Made by a program: the position numbers and the translations under genes. Below are positions 28,519 to 38,573 of a stretch of 64,000 nucleotides of DNA, piece after piece. The DNA is taken from positions 6,116 to 70,115 of the forward strand of contig JAVEST010000001.1 in the NCBI GenBank assembly GCA_034006465.1, written 5' to 3'. Every line of letters begins with the position of its first letter. Position 1 is the stretch's first letter. The notes beneath the pieces are model-generated. The model had not been told where the DNA came from. It ran no database searches and saw only the letters and a program-made list of their open reading frames with translations. The stretch comes from Sulfurimonas sp. Its GTDB lineage: Bacteria > Campylobacterota > Campylobacteria > Campylobacterales > Sulfurimonadaceae.

Positions 28519-29040
28519 GTGAAAGCCTTTTTATCACTTGTCTTACTCTTAGCTCTAAGTGGATGTGGATATACTCCTAGTTCTAAGTTTGCTAGGGAAG
28601 TTATGGGTGAGAAGATAAGTACAAGCATTCGTATATCAGCACAAGATCCTGAAAACACTGTTATCATAAAAGATGCAGTTGATGAGGCTATTATAGAGGT
28701 TTTTCACGCTTCACTAAGAAGTAGAGATGAGTCAGATACTCATTTAGAAATCTCTATCTCAGACCCAACATACTCTCCTATAGTGTTTGATAAAGATGGT
28801 TTTATTATAGGCTATAAAATGAGTTTGAGCTTAAGTATATTAAGATATCACAGTGGTGTATCTAAACACTATCTTCTTAATGGAACTTATGATTTCTCAG
28901 TCTCACCTAATGCTGTTATAACAGACCAAGAGAGATTTGAGGCTATTAAATATAGTGCGGCTAAAGCTATTAACTCTTTTGTTGCTAAGGTATCCGCTGA
29001 GGGTGCAACTGCTAAGAGAAAGAGTGAATCTAAGGAGTAG
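28519..29040 (+). CDS. lptE: LPS assembly lipoprotein LptE-like
   Basis: Lipobox LSGC-GY; position directly after leuS. Confidence 0.75.
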   Translation: MKAFLSLVLLLALSGCGYTPSSKFAREVMGEKISTSIRISAQDPENTVIIKDAVDEAIIEVFHASLRSRDESDTHLEISISDPTYSPIVFDKDGFIIGYKMSLSLSILRYHSGVSKHYLLNGTYDFSVSPNAVITDQERFEAIKYSAAKAINSFVAKVSAEGATAKRKSESKE

Positions 29041-29043
29041 GTA

Positions 29044-30594
29044 GTGACAGTTAAGACGATTATACAAAAAGCTATTAAAAGACTTGATTTAGAAGGCAAA
29101 CTTCTTACTCCTGATTTTTATGCTGATGCTTTTTGCAAAGAGGCACAAAAAGCTGGGGTTGTGCATGAAGATTGCAGCCATGTAGATAGGTTTTCTAAAA
29201 CTCTAAATCAAGAGTTTCAAAAAGAGTTAACACAGTACAGAATAACTACTATGGGCGAATTAGCTAGGTTTTTGATATCGAGATTAAACAGAACAAAGCC
29301 TACTATTTGCACAGAGCTCTTAGAAGCACAAAACACTCTAATAAGAAGAATACTTCAAGTTGTAGAAGTTTTACACAATGCTGAGGCATCTGCACTTGCA
29401 AGAGAAGGCATTAAGCTTTTAAATTCAAATCCAAGTACAACAGAGTATGAGCACTATAGAGGGCAGTGGATAAATTTTATAACTACTTATGATGACTCTT
29501 TTTTAGAAAAACTAAAGCTATTTACCAATGTAGATAGCACAAATCTTAGAAAAACTATAGAGAGCATAGATATAACTAAGCTCCGCTCACAAGAGGGTTC
29601 TGAAAAAAAAGAGCTAGAAGGAGCAGTCTCACTTTTAGTTGCATCTTTTGTTCCCTCTATTGCATCTAGTGTAAATGAGAAGATCGCAGATTTAAGTGAA
29701 AGGTTAAACAATAATCCAGCATTAATAGATAATAAAAATATAGAAGAAGAGATAAAATCAACCATTATGCTTCGAATCACACTAGATAAGAGTAGTGTAA
29801 AAAAGATGCTAGAGTCTATAGATGGTGTTTTAGATAAGCTCTCTCTTAGACTTATAGAGATGATAGAACGTTCAGATGACTCGACGATAGAGATTCAAAA
29901 GATAAAAAAAGAGTTAGAATCTTACAATGAGGATGAGGATACAAGCTTTAGTTTAGCTCATAAAAAACTCTTTGTAATAGCTACAGCATTAGAAGAAAAT
30001 ACTCAAATCCTAAGCAAAGACCTTAAAAATCAAAATAACGAAGTCAAGACTCTTAGCGAAAGAATAAGCAAGCTTGAACTTGAACTACAAGAGGCAAGAG
30101 AAGCTTCAAAAGAGGATTTTTTAACGAAGCTCTTTAACAAACGAGCAATAGATGAGTTTTTAAAAGTAAAAGAGGCAGAGTTTGAGAGATATGGACATAA
30201 TTTTAGTATTATAATGTTTGACCTTGATCACTTTAAAGATGTTAATGATAACTATGGGCATGAAGCTGGAGATGCGGTTCTTGGCGCCTTTGCAAAGATA
30301 CTTAAAAAAGAAGCAAGAAGTGTTGATATCGTTGGAAGATTTGGTGGAGAAGAGTTTATAGCAATCTTAAGTGAGACTGACACAGCAGGTGGAGCTGCCT
30401 TTGCACAAAAAGTAAGAGGTCATGTAGAGAGGGCCCGTTTTATGTATAGGGGAAAAAGGATAGAGATAACAGTTAGCGCTGGAGTTAGTGAGAGAGTCCA
30501 GCATACATCTTTTCAAAATCTTATAAACTCTGCAGATGAGTATCTATATCAAGCTAAAAAAAATGGCCGTAATAGAGTTGAGTTTAAAAAATAA
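29044..30594 (+). CDS. Diguanylate cyclase (GGDEF domain) with a long coiled-coil N-terminus
   Basis: DFLTKLFNKR, DLDHFKDVNDNYGHEAGD, RSVD I-site, GRFGGEEF. Confidence 0.93.
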   Translation: MTVKTIIQKAIKRLDLEGKLLTPDFYADAFCKEAQKAGVVHEDCSHVDRFSKTLNQEFQKELTQYRITTMGELARFLISRLNRTKPTICTELLEAQNTLIRRILQVVEVLHNAEASALAREGIKLLNSNPSTTEYEHYRGQWINFITTYDDSFLEKLKLFTNVDSTNLRKTIESIDITKLRSQEGSEKKELEGAVSLLVASFVPSIASSVNEKIADLSERLNNNPALIDNKNIEEEIKSTIMLRITLDKSSVKKMLESIDGVLDKLSLRLIEMIERSDDSTIEIQKIKKELESYNEDEDTSFSLAHKKLFVIATALEENTQILSKDLKNQNNEVKTLSERISKLELELQEAREASKEDFLTKLFNKRAIDEFLKVKEAEFERYGHNFSIIMFDLDHFKDVNDNYGHEAGDAVLGAFAKILKKEARSVDIVGRFGGEEFIAILSETDTAGGAAFAQKVRGHVERARFMYRGKRIEITVSAGVSERVQHTSFQNLINSADEYLYQAKKNGRNRVEFKK

Positions 30595-31748
30595 TGCAAC
30601 TTCAAACATTTTTAGAGAAAAAACCGCTCTTTTATAGTGAGATAGATTATACGCGTATGCCTCGCATCTATGAGTCTATAAAAGACAAAGTAACAAATCC
30701 TAAAATCATTCATATTATTGGTACAAATGCCAAAGGTACAACGGGACGATTTTTGGCATCTGCACTTCATAAGTGCGGCTTTAGTGTAGGTCACTACACA
30801 TCACCACATATATTAAAGTTTAATGAACGAGTCTGGTTAGATGGATGTGATGCTAGTGATGAAGCTCTTGAAGATGCTCATATAAAACTACAAACTATTT
30901 TAAAAAAAGAAGACTCAGATGCACTCTCTTATTTTGAATATACAACTCTACTCTCACTCATAGTTTTTAGTGGTTGTGGGTTTGTCGTGATGGAGGCAGG
31001 GCTTGGTGGGGAGCACGATGCTACCGCTGTTTTTGATAAGGTGTTAACTCTAGTCACTCCTATTGCGTTTGACCATCAGGCATTTTTAGGCGAAACTATA
31101 GAAGAGATTGCAGCTACGAAACTCCGTGCTATACAAAACAATGCTATCTTGGCCAAGCAGAGTGATGAAGTTTACGGAGTTGCCCAAGAGTTAGCACTTA
31201 AAAACTCTTTGGATATTAAAAAATATGAAGAGTATCTGGAAGCTGCGGATAAGCAAAAGATACAAATAATAGCAGAGGAGTTAAAGCTTGTCTCATATCT
31301 TGTCGATAATCTTTCACTTAGCATTGCAGCTTTAAAATTTCTTGGCATAAATTATGCTACTGAGAGCTTTAGAGATGCTAGACTTTTTGGAAGACTAAGT
31401 AGTATAAGTGAAAACATCATAGTTGATGTTGGTCACAATCCTTTGGCGGCACAAGCTATAAAAAAAGCGCTTACTCCTAAGAAATATATCTTGGTTTATA
31501 ATTCTTACAAAGATAAAGACCATAGAGAGATACTTAGGATTTTAAAGCCGATTATACAAAGTGTAGAACTTATTGCCATAAATGATGAGAGAGCACAGAC
31601 ATTTGAGGTACTTAAAAGAACTTTAAATGAATTAGGGATAAAATATACTAAGTTTAAAAGAGTAAACAAGGAAGATTCTTATCTTGTTTTTGGCTCTTTT
31701 AGTGTTGTGGAAGCTTTTATGAAAAGTTACAAAAGAGTGGAAAAATGA
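30594..31748 (+). CDS. folC: Bifunctional folylpolyglutamate synthase/dihydrofolate synthase
   Basis: IIGTNAKGTTG, YTSPH, MEAGLGGEHDAT, DVGHNPLA. Confidence 0.92.
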   Translation: MQLQTFLEKKPLFYSEIDYTRMPRIYESIKDKVTNPKIIHIIGTNAKGTTGRFLASALHKCGFSVGHYTSPHILKFNERVWLDGCDASDEALEDAHIKLQTILKKEDSDALSYFEYTTLLSLIVFSGCGFVVMEAGLGGEHDATAVFDKVLTLVTPIAFDHQAFLGETIEEIAATKLRAIQNNAILAKQSDEVYGVAQELALKNSLDIKKYEEYLEAADKQKIQIIAEELKLVSYLVDNLSLSIAALKFLGINYATESFRDARLFGRLSSISENIIVDVGHNPLAAQAIKKALTPKKYILVYNSYKDKDHREILRILKPIIQSVELIAINDERAQTFEVLKRTLNELGIKYTKFKRVNKEDSYLVFGSFSVVEAFMKSYKRVEK

Positions 31749-31751
31749 AAT

Positions 31752-32708
31752 ATGAATAATCACTTTACGATTACTATCAATGATGACAATGGAGTTAAAC
31801 AGTTTAACTTGCATCAAATAGTAAAAAAATTTCTATGGTACATAGCTATGTTTATAGGCTTTGTAGCTCTAGTAGCTGTAGGGACTATCCTTTATCTTGA
31901 CTACTCTGTTGATCAGATTGAGTTAAAGCGACAAAGCACTCAAATAGCCTTTGAAGAGTTAAAAGATAAAAATATAGAACTTGATTTAAGTATGAAAGAT
32001 ACTCAAAAAAAGCTTCTTACTAAGAAAAAAGAGCTAACTGAGGTTTCAGACTCTCTTTCTGAGATAGAGACACTTATAGGCTTAGCACCAGTTGCAGAGA
32101 TGTCTTTAAAAGAGAGAGTAAGTTTAACAAAACTAAACTCCGAACACATGGCTACACTTTTGCAGTTTATCCCAAGTGGCTCGCCTATTGAATACAATGG
32201 TATTACAAGTAAATATGGTTATAGAGTCCATCCCACACTAAATAGAAAAGAATTTCACCGCGGTCTTGATATGAGGGCACCAATGAAAACACCTGTTTAT
32301 GCTACCGCAGATGGGATAGTTGAGTATGCTGGTTTTCATGAGAAGAGTGGTTTTGGAAATCTTGTAATAATTCAACATAACTATGGGTTTAAAGCTTATT
32401 TTGCTCACTTAAATAGTGTGGTGACAAAAGCAGGTAAATTTATAAAAAAAGGTGATCTAATCGCATATACTGGCAACTCAGGAATGAGTAGCGGACCTCA
32501 CTTACACTATGAGATAAGATTTGTTCAAAGAACAGTAGATCCTGTTTATTTTGTAGAGTGGAGTGTACAAAACTATAAAACCATATTTGAAAAGGAAAAC
32601 ACAGTACCATGGCAATCTTTAATAACAGCAACAGCGCACATAAAAATACCAAACCCGACGCAAACACCACCATCATCACAGCTGGCTCTACGATTAAAGG
32701 AGAGATGA
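31752..32708 (+). CDS. M23-family (LytM) peptidoglycan endopeptidase, Csd1-like
   Basis: TM plus coiled coil, FHRGLDMRA (HxxxD), FAHL, SGPHLHYE (HxH); adjacent to the bactofilin. Confidence 0.92.
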   Translation: MNNHFTITINDDNGVKQFNLHQIVKKFLWYIAMFIGFVALVAVGTILYLDYSVDQIELKRQSTQIAFEELKDKNIELDLSMKDTQKKLLTKKKELTEVSDSLSEIETLIGLAPVAEMSLKERVSLTKLNSEHMATLLQFIPSGSPIEYNGITSKYGYRVHPTLNRKEFHRGLDMRAPMKTPVYATADGIVEYAGFHEKSGFGNLVIIQHNYGFKAYFAHLNSVVTKAGKFIKKGDLIAYTGNSGMSSGPHLHYEIRFVQRTVDPVYFVEWSVQNYKTIFEKENTVPWQSLITATAHIKIPNPTQTPPSSQLALRLKER

Positions 32709-33028
32709 ATCTCTCTTGTAACTTATATGTAGATGGCGAATTTGAGGGTATTATACACTCTAAAAAAGAGGTAAATATCGGTAAAAATGGCCATATAAAA
32801 GGTGATGTAAACACTCAAAGACTAGTAGTCCAAGGCTATATAGAAGGAAGTGTAAACGCTCAAAGAGTAGAGATAAAAGCTGCTGGGAGAGTAAATGGAA
32901 CTATCAAATCGGCTGAGCTAGTTATTGAAGCAAAAGGTATATTTGAGGGAAGTAGTATTGTAAAAGATGCAACTCCAGCTCCAACCCCGCAAACACTAGA
33001 GATAAAAAAAGAAGAACAAATAGCCTAA
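32609..33028 (+). CDS. ccmA: Bactofilin (CcmA-like cell-shape protein)
   Basis: TTIITAGSTIKGEM, LYVDGEFEG.I and IEAKGIFEG beta-helix repeats. Confidence 0.9.
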   Translation: MAIFNNSNSAHKNTKPDANTTIITAGSTIKGEMNLSCNLYVDGEFEGIIHSKKEVNIGKNGHIKGDVNTQRLVVQGYIEGSVNAQRVEIKAAGRVNGTIKSAELVIEAKGIFEGSSIVKDATPAPTPQTLEIKKEEQIA

Positions 33029-33047
33029 GAGTTAGCTCTTAGGTTTT
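33024..33047 (+). terminator. Rho-independent terminator after the bactofilin gene
   Basis: cctaagag-ttag-ctcttagg 8-bp stem followed by TTTT. Confidence 0.7.
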
Positions 33048-33083
33048 AACCGCTTTATAAAAACAAAATCCACTAGGAAACTG

Positions 33084-36074
33084 ATGTCACAAAATAGACT
33101 CTTTGAATACTTCAAAACACAAAAAAAACAAGATTTAGAACTTTTAATATGTCAAGATGCTAAAGAAGCAGAAGCTCTTAGTAGCGTTGCGAAATTTTTC
33201 AACCGAGATGCTATAGTTTTTCCAGACTTTCGTGCTAGTTTTGGAGATGACTTAAGAGTCTATACAGAAGAGCTACATGAACTCTTTTTAGGACTTAAGA
33301 AGTATTATGAAAAGAAGCAAAAGCCTCTTGTTATATCTCCACTAAAGACTCTTTTGTTTCATCTCCCACACGCTTCGTTATTAGAAACTAAAACCATAGA
33401 GTTTGGCTCAACTATCAATCTTAGCAAATTTAAAGAGCAGATGCTATTTTGGGGATATAGTTTTGTTGATATGGTGCAAGTCCAAGGAGAAATCTCTTTT
33501 CGCGGAGATATTATAGATATCTATGCACCAGCATCATCGCTTCCTGTTCGCATATCTTTGTTTGATGATACTATAGAGCAGATAAAATACTTTGAACTAG
33601 AATCTCAAAGAACACAAAAAGAGGAACTAGAGCGTATTGAGATTAGTCCAGCTTTTTACTCTTTAGATGAGAAAGATTTTGATGCGCTCCAAGAGAGAGT
33701 AAAGCGAAGTGAGTTTGACTCTTTAGTTAAAGATATCTCATCTTTAGGCTTTTGGTATCTTGAGGACAAGGCTTCAAACTTTTTAACAAACAAAGTAGCA
33801 AAACTCTCAAAAAATTTAGATGCACTCTTAGTAGATGCCTATGCACTAAACAATCCAGTGGTTCCAAGAGAAGATTTTAATCTTGAAGCTCTAACATCAA
33901 GTGATGAGTTTAAAGAGGTGGTTGTCGCTGATTTGCACACACTTCTAAAGGTACATAAAGATAAAAAGATAACCATCATTGCTGCAAATGAAGCTATTAT
34001 GAAGCAAGCTGGGCTTTTTAACCTTGATGGCATTACAAAAATTTATGCACCATATATACTAAATATTGTCTCAAAAGATGAGCTTATCATCTCACTAAAT
34101 AAGCCAGAAAAGATCAGACGAAGAAGAAAAAGCTCAATTCTCTTAGATGACTTAAAAGCTGGTGACTATGTTGTTCATGAAGATTATGGTGTGGGGATTT
34201 TTGAGAAGATTGAGCAGACTGAGATTTTAGGTGGCATAAAAGATTTTATAGTTATCAAATATGTGGGTGATGACAAGATACTTTTGCCAGTTGAAAACTT
34301 AGACGCTATAGACCGCTACATCGCATCTGGTGGTTCTGTTCCTGTTCTTGATAGACTTGGAAAAGGTAGCTTTGGCAAGCTAAAAGAGAAAGTCAAAAAG
34401 CGACTTATGGAGATAGCAGGCCAAATTGTAAATACTGCAGCGGCAAGAGAGTTGATAAAAGCTCCTAAGATAAGCATAGATGAAGAGGATATAACCGAGT
34501 TTCAAAAGCTCTCAGGGTTTGATTATACAGATGATCAAAACAAAACGGTACAAGAGATACTCTCTCAGATGGAGTCAGGGCATATTATGGATAGGCTTCT
34601 TAGCGGAGATGTTGGCTTTGGAAAGACTGAAGTTGCACTAAACACCATCTATGCGGCCTATAAATCAGGCTTTCAATCAGCCTTTATCGTGCCTACAACT
34701 CTGCTCTCAGCTCAGCATTTTCGCTCACTAGATGAGAGGTTTAAATCTCTTGGGATTAAGTATGCAAAGTTAGATAGATTTGTAAGTACAAAAGATAAAA
34801 ACGCCATCATAAAAGGGCTTGCATCTGGAGAGATAGATGCTGTGGTTGGAACTCACGCACTCTTTGGTTTAGCTTTTAAAAACTTAGGTGTGGTTATCAT
34901 CGATGAAGAACATAAATTTGGAGTAAAGCAAAAAGAGAAGATAAAAGAGATTTATCACAATGTTCACCTTCTCTCAATGAGTGCTACGCCAATTCCTCGC
35001 TCACTAAACCAAGCGCTAAGTTCCATAAAAACTATGAGTCAGCTACTAACTCCACCAAGTGAGAGACAGGGAGTTAGAACCTTTGTTAAAGAGTATAATG
35101 AGAAGCTTATAAAAGAGGTCATTATGCGTGAACTTCGCCGTGGTGGGCAGGTTTTTTATGTGCATAATAGCATCGACCATATGCCTATAAAGTATGGGGA
35201 GTTAAAAGCTCTTATGCCAGAACTTAGAATGCTAATGCTTCACTCTAAAATCTCAGCAGCAGAGACTGAAAAAGAGCTTTTAAAGTTTGAAGCAAAAGAG
35301 TATGACCTAATGATTGCAACTTCCATCATAGAGTCAGGTATTCATATGCCAAATGTAAATACTATGATAGTTGATGGCGCAGATAGATTTGGAATAGCAG
35401 ACTTGCATCAGCTTCGTGGTCGAGTAGGAAGAGGTCATAACGAGGGTTTTGCTTACTTTATAGTTGGGGATAAAGAGAGGCTTACCGATGAGGCTAAAAA
35501 ACGACTTTTAGCACTAGAATCTAACTCATTTTTGGGAAGCGGTTCAGTCTTAGCTTATCATGATTTAGAGATAAGAGGCGGTGGTAACTTAGTCGGAGAT
35601 GCTCAGAGTGGTCACATCAAAAATATAGGCTACTCTTTGTATCTTCGCTTGCTCGAAGATGCTATCAAAATCCTAAGTAACACAGTGGAGAGCCAAAGAG
35701 CAAAGGTAGATATAAAACTCGCTATCTCAGCCTTTGTCTCAGACGAAGTTGTAAAAGAAGATAGACTTAGACTTGACCTATATAGAAGGCTCTCACAGTG
35801 TGAAGATGCAGTTGAAATCTATGAGATAGAAGAAGAGATGATAGATAGATTTGGAGAGTTAGACACTCCAACTAAGCAGTTTGTAGAGCTTATGGTTATA
35901 AAAGTACTTAGCTTAGACAAAAAGATAAAAAGCATTATGAACTATGGGCAAAACATAACTATAACTTATCAAAATGATGCAAAAGAGAGTATAAAGTCTG
36001 CTTCAAAAGATGATGATGATATTATCAAAGCGACACTTAGTTACTTAAGACAAAAAAAGGAAAGAGATATATGA
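33084..36074 (+). CDS. mfd: Transcription-repair coupling factor
   Basis: RGDIIDI, GDYVVHEDYGVG (RID), GDVGFGKTEVA, IIDEEHKFG, QLRGRVGR, DLEIRGGGN. Confidence 0.97.
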   Translation: MSQNRLFEYFKTQKKQDLELLICQDAKEAEALSSVAKFFNRDAIVFPDFRASFGDDLRVYTEELHELFLGLKKYYEKKQKPLVISPLKTLLFHLPHASLLETKTIEFGSTINLSKFKEQMLFWGYSFVDMVQVQGEISFRGDIIDIYAPASSLPVRISLFDDTIEQIKYFELESQRTQKEELERIEISPAFYSLDEKDFDALQERVKRSEFDSLVKDISSLGFWYLEDKASNFLTNKVAKLSKNLDALLVDAYALNNPVVPREDFNLEALTSSDEFKEVVVADLHTLLKVHKDKKITIIAANEAIMKQAGLFNLDGITKIYAPYILNIVSKDELIISLNKPEKIRRRRKSSILLDDLKAGDYVVHEDYGVGIFEKIEQTEILGGIKDFIVIKYVGDDKILLPVENLDAIDRYIASGGSVPVLDRLGKGSFGKLKEKVKKRLMEIAGQIVNTAAARELIKAPKISIDEEDITEFQKLSGFDYTDDQNKTVQEILSQMESGHIMDRLLSGDVGFGKTEVALNTIYAAYKSGFQSAFIVPTTLLSAQHFRSLDERFKSLGIKYAKLDRFVSTKDKNAIIKGLASGEIDAVVGTHALFGLAFKNLGVVIIDEEHKFGVKQKEKIKEIYHNVHLLSMSATPIPRSLNQALSSIKTMSQLLTPPSERQGVRTFVKEYNEKLIKEVIMRELRRGGQVFYVHNSIDHMPIKYGELKALMPELRMLMLHSKISAAETEKELLKFEAKEYDLMIATSIIESGIHMPNVNTMIVDGADRFGIADLHQLRGRVGRGHNEGFAYFIVGDKERLTDEAKKRLLALESNSFLGSGSVLAYHDLEIRGGGNLVGDAQSGHIKNIGYSLYLRLLEDAIKILSNTVESQRAKVDIKLAISAFVSDEVVKEDRLRLDLYRRLSQCEDAVEIYEIEEEMIDRFGELDTPTKQFVELMVIKVLSLDKKIKSIMNYGQNITITYQNDAKESIKSASKDDDDIIKATLSYLRQKKERDI

Positions 36075-36880
36075 GAATTGCTTTTATTGGCGACATAGTT
36101 GGGCGTCCTGGACGGGATATGATACAAAAATATCTAAAGGGTATTAGAGCTGAGTATGAAGTGGATTTTGTAATAGCTAACTATGAGAATGCATCTCATG
36201 GTTTTGGTTTGACACATAAGAATGCAGGTGAATTAGTCTCTTTTGGAGTTGACTGTATGACTGGCGGAAACCACACTTGGGATAAAAAAGAGATAATGTC
36301 TCTTTTTGAGACACATGAGATTTTGCGTCCTTATAACTACCCTGATGAAGTGGGTGGAACTGGCTGTAAGGTCTATGAAATAGCAGGTGAGAAGCTTGCT
36401 GTTTTAAACCTTATGGGTCACTTTTGTATGCCACAAGCTGACAATGTCTTTAGAGCGGCTAAGCAAAAAGTAGCAGAGTTAAAACAAGATGGCGTTAAAA
36501 ATATCTTTATAGATTTTCATGCAGAAGCAACAAGTGAAAAAAGGGCTATGCTTATGATGCTTGAAGGTGAGGTAAGTGCGATCATTGGCACTCACACTCA
36601 TGTTAGCACTGATGACTTCCAAATAGTAGAGGGTACTGCATATCTAAGTGATATAGGTCTTAGTGGGTGTAGAGATAATGTGATAGGAATGGATAAAACA
36701 GCACCGCTAAAGCAATTTTTAACAGGGTTAAAATCACACTTTGATATACCAAAAAAGTGTAAAAAGATACTTCAAATCGCCATTATGGACATAAGTGATG
36801 GTAAGTGTTCAAATGCTTTTAAGTTAAAATACTTTTGCGATGGACGAGTTGTAAAAACTGATGCTTGGTTAGAGTCTTAG
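36071..36880 (+). CDS. TIGR00282/YmdB-family metallophosphoesterase
   Basis: FIGDIVGRPG, ANYENASHG, TGGNHTWD, DFHAEATSEK, GTHTHV. Confidence 0.93.
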   Translation: MRIAFIGDIVGRPGRDMIQKYLKGIRAEYEVDFVIANYENASHGFGLTHKNAGELVSFGVDCMTGGNHTWDKKEIMSLFETHEILRPYNYPDEVGGTGCKVYEIAGEKLAVLNLMGHFCMPQADNVFRAAKQKVAELKQDGVKNIFIDFHAEATSEKRAMLMMLEGEVSAIIGTHTHVSTDDFQIVEGTAYLSDIGLSGCRDNVIGMDKTAPLKQFLTGLKSHFDIPKKCKKILQIAIMDISDGKCSNAFKLKYFCDGRVVKTDAWLES

Positions 36881-37332
36881 GCAGTTATTTTGTAATAATT
36901 ATCGTTTGCTAGGTAAGTATTTACCATAGTGTGACGAAGTTGCTTCTCTTGTGCAGATTGTAGCTCTGATGGTAGAGACTTATCTATCTGTGGAGTCTGA
37001 CTTTGAGTCAATTTTGGCTCAAGAAAGAGTGAAAACAGTTTTGAATTTTCTCCATAAGCATCTTTTGCACTGTTGAGTGTGTTTATTTTAGTAAACTTTT
37101 TAGTCTCTTTATCTTCAAAATCATCTTGCAGCTTTTGTTTGTTGCTAAAGGCCTTATAGTTTGAGATATAGTTTATAGGTAGGTTTTGAGTGCTGTTTGA
37201 CTCTAGCGGAGAGTACTCTTTTAGTCTTGATTCAAAGGACTCCCTAGAAGATGATTTACTCTCTAACCTTTGAGTTGAACTTTTATCAGAGGGATTTGTA
37301 GCAATATATGTGTTATATGATGAAACAAACAT
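36877..37332 (-). CDS. Hypothetical protein
   Basis: GGAGG RBS before ATG 37332; TATAAT at 37365-37360 on the minus strand; low-complexity Ser-rich N-terminus. Confidence 0.7.
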   Translation of the reverse strand: MFVSSYNTYIATNPSDKSSTQRLESKSSSRESFESRLKEYSPLESNSTQNLPINYISNYKAFSNKQKLQDDFEDKETKKFTKINTLNSAKDAYGENSKLFSLFLEPKLTQSQTPQIDKSLPSELQSAQEKQLRHTMVNTYLANDNYYKITA

Positions 37333-37472
37333 GACACCCTCCAATACGAAAATATCTCTATTATAAGCCATCTTAGCTTACTAAATTCTTTTGTTTTTTT
37401 ATTGCATAATTTATGGGCATTAAGGATGCCTTTGATGATAAAATAGAGATATCAGTCAAAAGCTCTTGATTT

Positions 37473-37489
37473 TGCTACAATGTTAAAAT
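37473..37489 (+). promoter_or_regulatory. Extended -10 candidates (TGCTACAAT / TGTTAAAAT)
   Basis: Two overlapping TGn-10 motifs 22-30 nt before GTG 37512. Confidence 0.5.
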
Positions 37490-37511
37490 ATTTTTTAAGG
37501 TAAGAAAAAGC

Positions 37512-38225
37512 GTGTTAAAAATCCATCAGATGATTATATTGAAGTTTTTACTCCTATTTGCTGGGACTCTCTTAGTAGCATCTATCATAGGTTTTGCTAT
37601 TTTAAAGTCAGTTACAATAGCGCAACATAAAAAATATCTTCAAAATTCAATATCATTGATAGAGTTAAAAAAAGTAGAAAATCTACAAGAATATACTAAA
37701 AAAGTGAGTCAAGCAACAGGACTAAGGGTAACTATAATAAGCGAAGATGGCAGCGTCTTAGCGGAGTCACTATCAGATGTTTCACATATGGATAACCATA
37801 GCTCAAGAAATGAGATATCCCAAGCTTCTAAAGGCTCTTTTGCCCATGCTAAAAGAGAGTCCAAAACACTAAATACTGACTTTTTATATGTAGCTAAAAA
37901 AGTGAGCTATAGAGATGACTCTATTTATATCAGGCTCTCTGTGAGTATAGAAGCTATTATGAGCGAGTTTAATTCTCTATTTTTTTTACTTTTTTTATCC
38001 TTTTTATTTATTTTTGCTTTAGCTTTTTATATCTCAAAGAAGATGAGTGAAAAAATATCTTATGATATTGAACAAATCACAAACTATCTAGATGAAATAA
38101 CTAAGAAAAACTATGGTGCCGTTATAAAAATAGAGTATTTTTATGAATTTTTACAGATTGCTTTGATAGTAAAAAATCTTGTTAAAAAACTGCACTCAAA
38201 AGATAAACTAAAAAGAAAAAAATAG
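37512..38225 (+). CDS. PhoR-like sensor input module (TM-Cache-TM-HAMP-like) without a kinase domain
   Basis: LRVTIISEDGSVLAES..MDNH..R.EI, LYVAK, second TM, HAMP-like helix, then stop. Confidence 0.7.
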   Translation: MLKIHQMIILKFLLLFAGTLLVASIIGFAILKSVTIAQHKKYLQNSISLIELKKVENLQEYTKKVSQATGLRVTIISEDGSVLAESLSDVSHMDNHSSRNEISQASKGSFAHAKRESKTLNTDFLYVAKKVSYRDDSIYIRLSVSIEAIMSEFNSLFFLLFLSFLFIFALAFYISKKMSEKISYDIEQITNYLDEITKKNYGAVIKIEYFYEFLQIALIVKNLVKKLHSKDKLKRKK

Positions 38226-38297
38226 CAAATTGTCATAAATACAAAGATTTGTTTTTTCTTTGGTTATATTTTTACTACTTATTTAGTAGGAGAATAT

Positions 38298-38519
38298 ATG
38301 CAAGACTTTCATGGAGTGATAGAAGCACTAAAGCTCTACCTAGCAAGAGAAAAAAAAGTAAAAATCTTAGATAAAGATGTGGCAGCTGCTCTAAAGATGA
38401 CTCAAGCAAATTTTGCGACTATTAAAAGAAGAAACTCAACTCCATATAAAAATATACTAGAGTTTTGCAAAGACAAAGATCTTTGTTGCAAAGAGATTTT
38501 CTTTAAAAAAATAGTGTAA
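38298..38519 (+). CDS. Small HTH protein resembling a phage CI-repressor N-terminal domain
   Basis: DKDVAAALKMTQANFATIKRRNS.PY HTH pattern; AGGAG RBS. Confidence 0.65.
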   Translation: MQDFHGVIEALKLYLAREKKVKILDKDVAAALKMTQANFATIKRRNSTPYKNILEFCKDKDLCCKEIFFKKIV

Positions 38520-38573
38520 ATACTTTGTAACTCTAAAAGTTATTTTTGTAGCTTTAGTGCATAACAATAGTAG

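Noticed and set aside
32609-32708. 100-bp overlap of the M23 peptidase and bactofilin genes as an anomaly
   Set aside because: Both frames look intact, and tight M23-bactofilin linkage is known from Helicobacter csd1-ccmA.
37413-37469. Small ORF MGIKDAFDDKIEISVKSS or sRNA with a ggcat/atgcc hairpin
   Set aside because: No RBS, only a 5-bp stem and no recognisable RNA family; cannot be supported.
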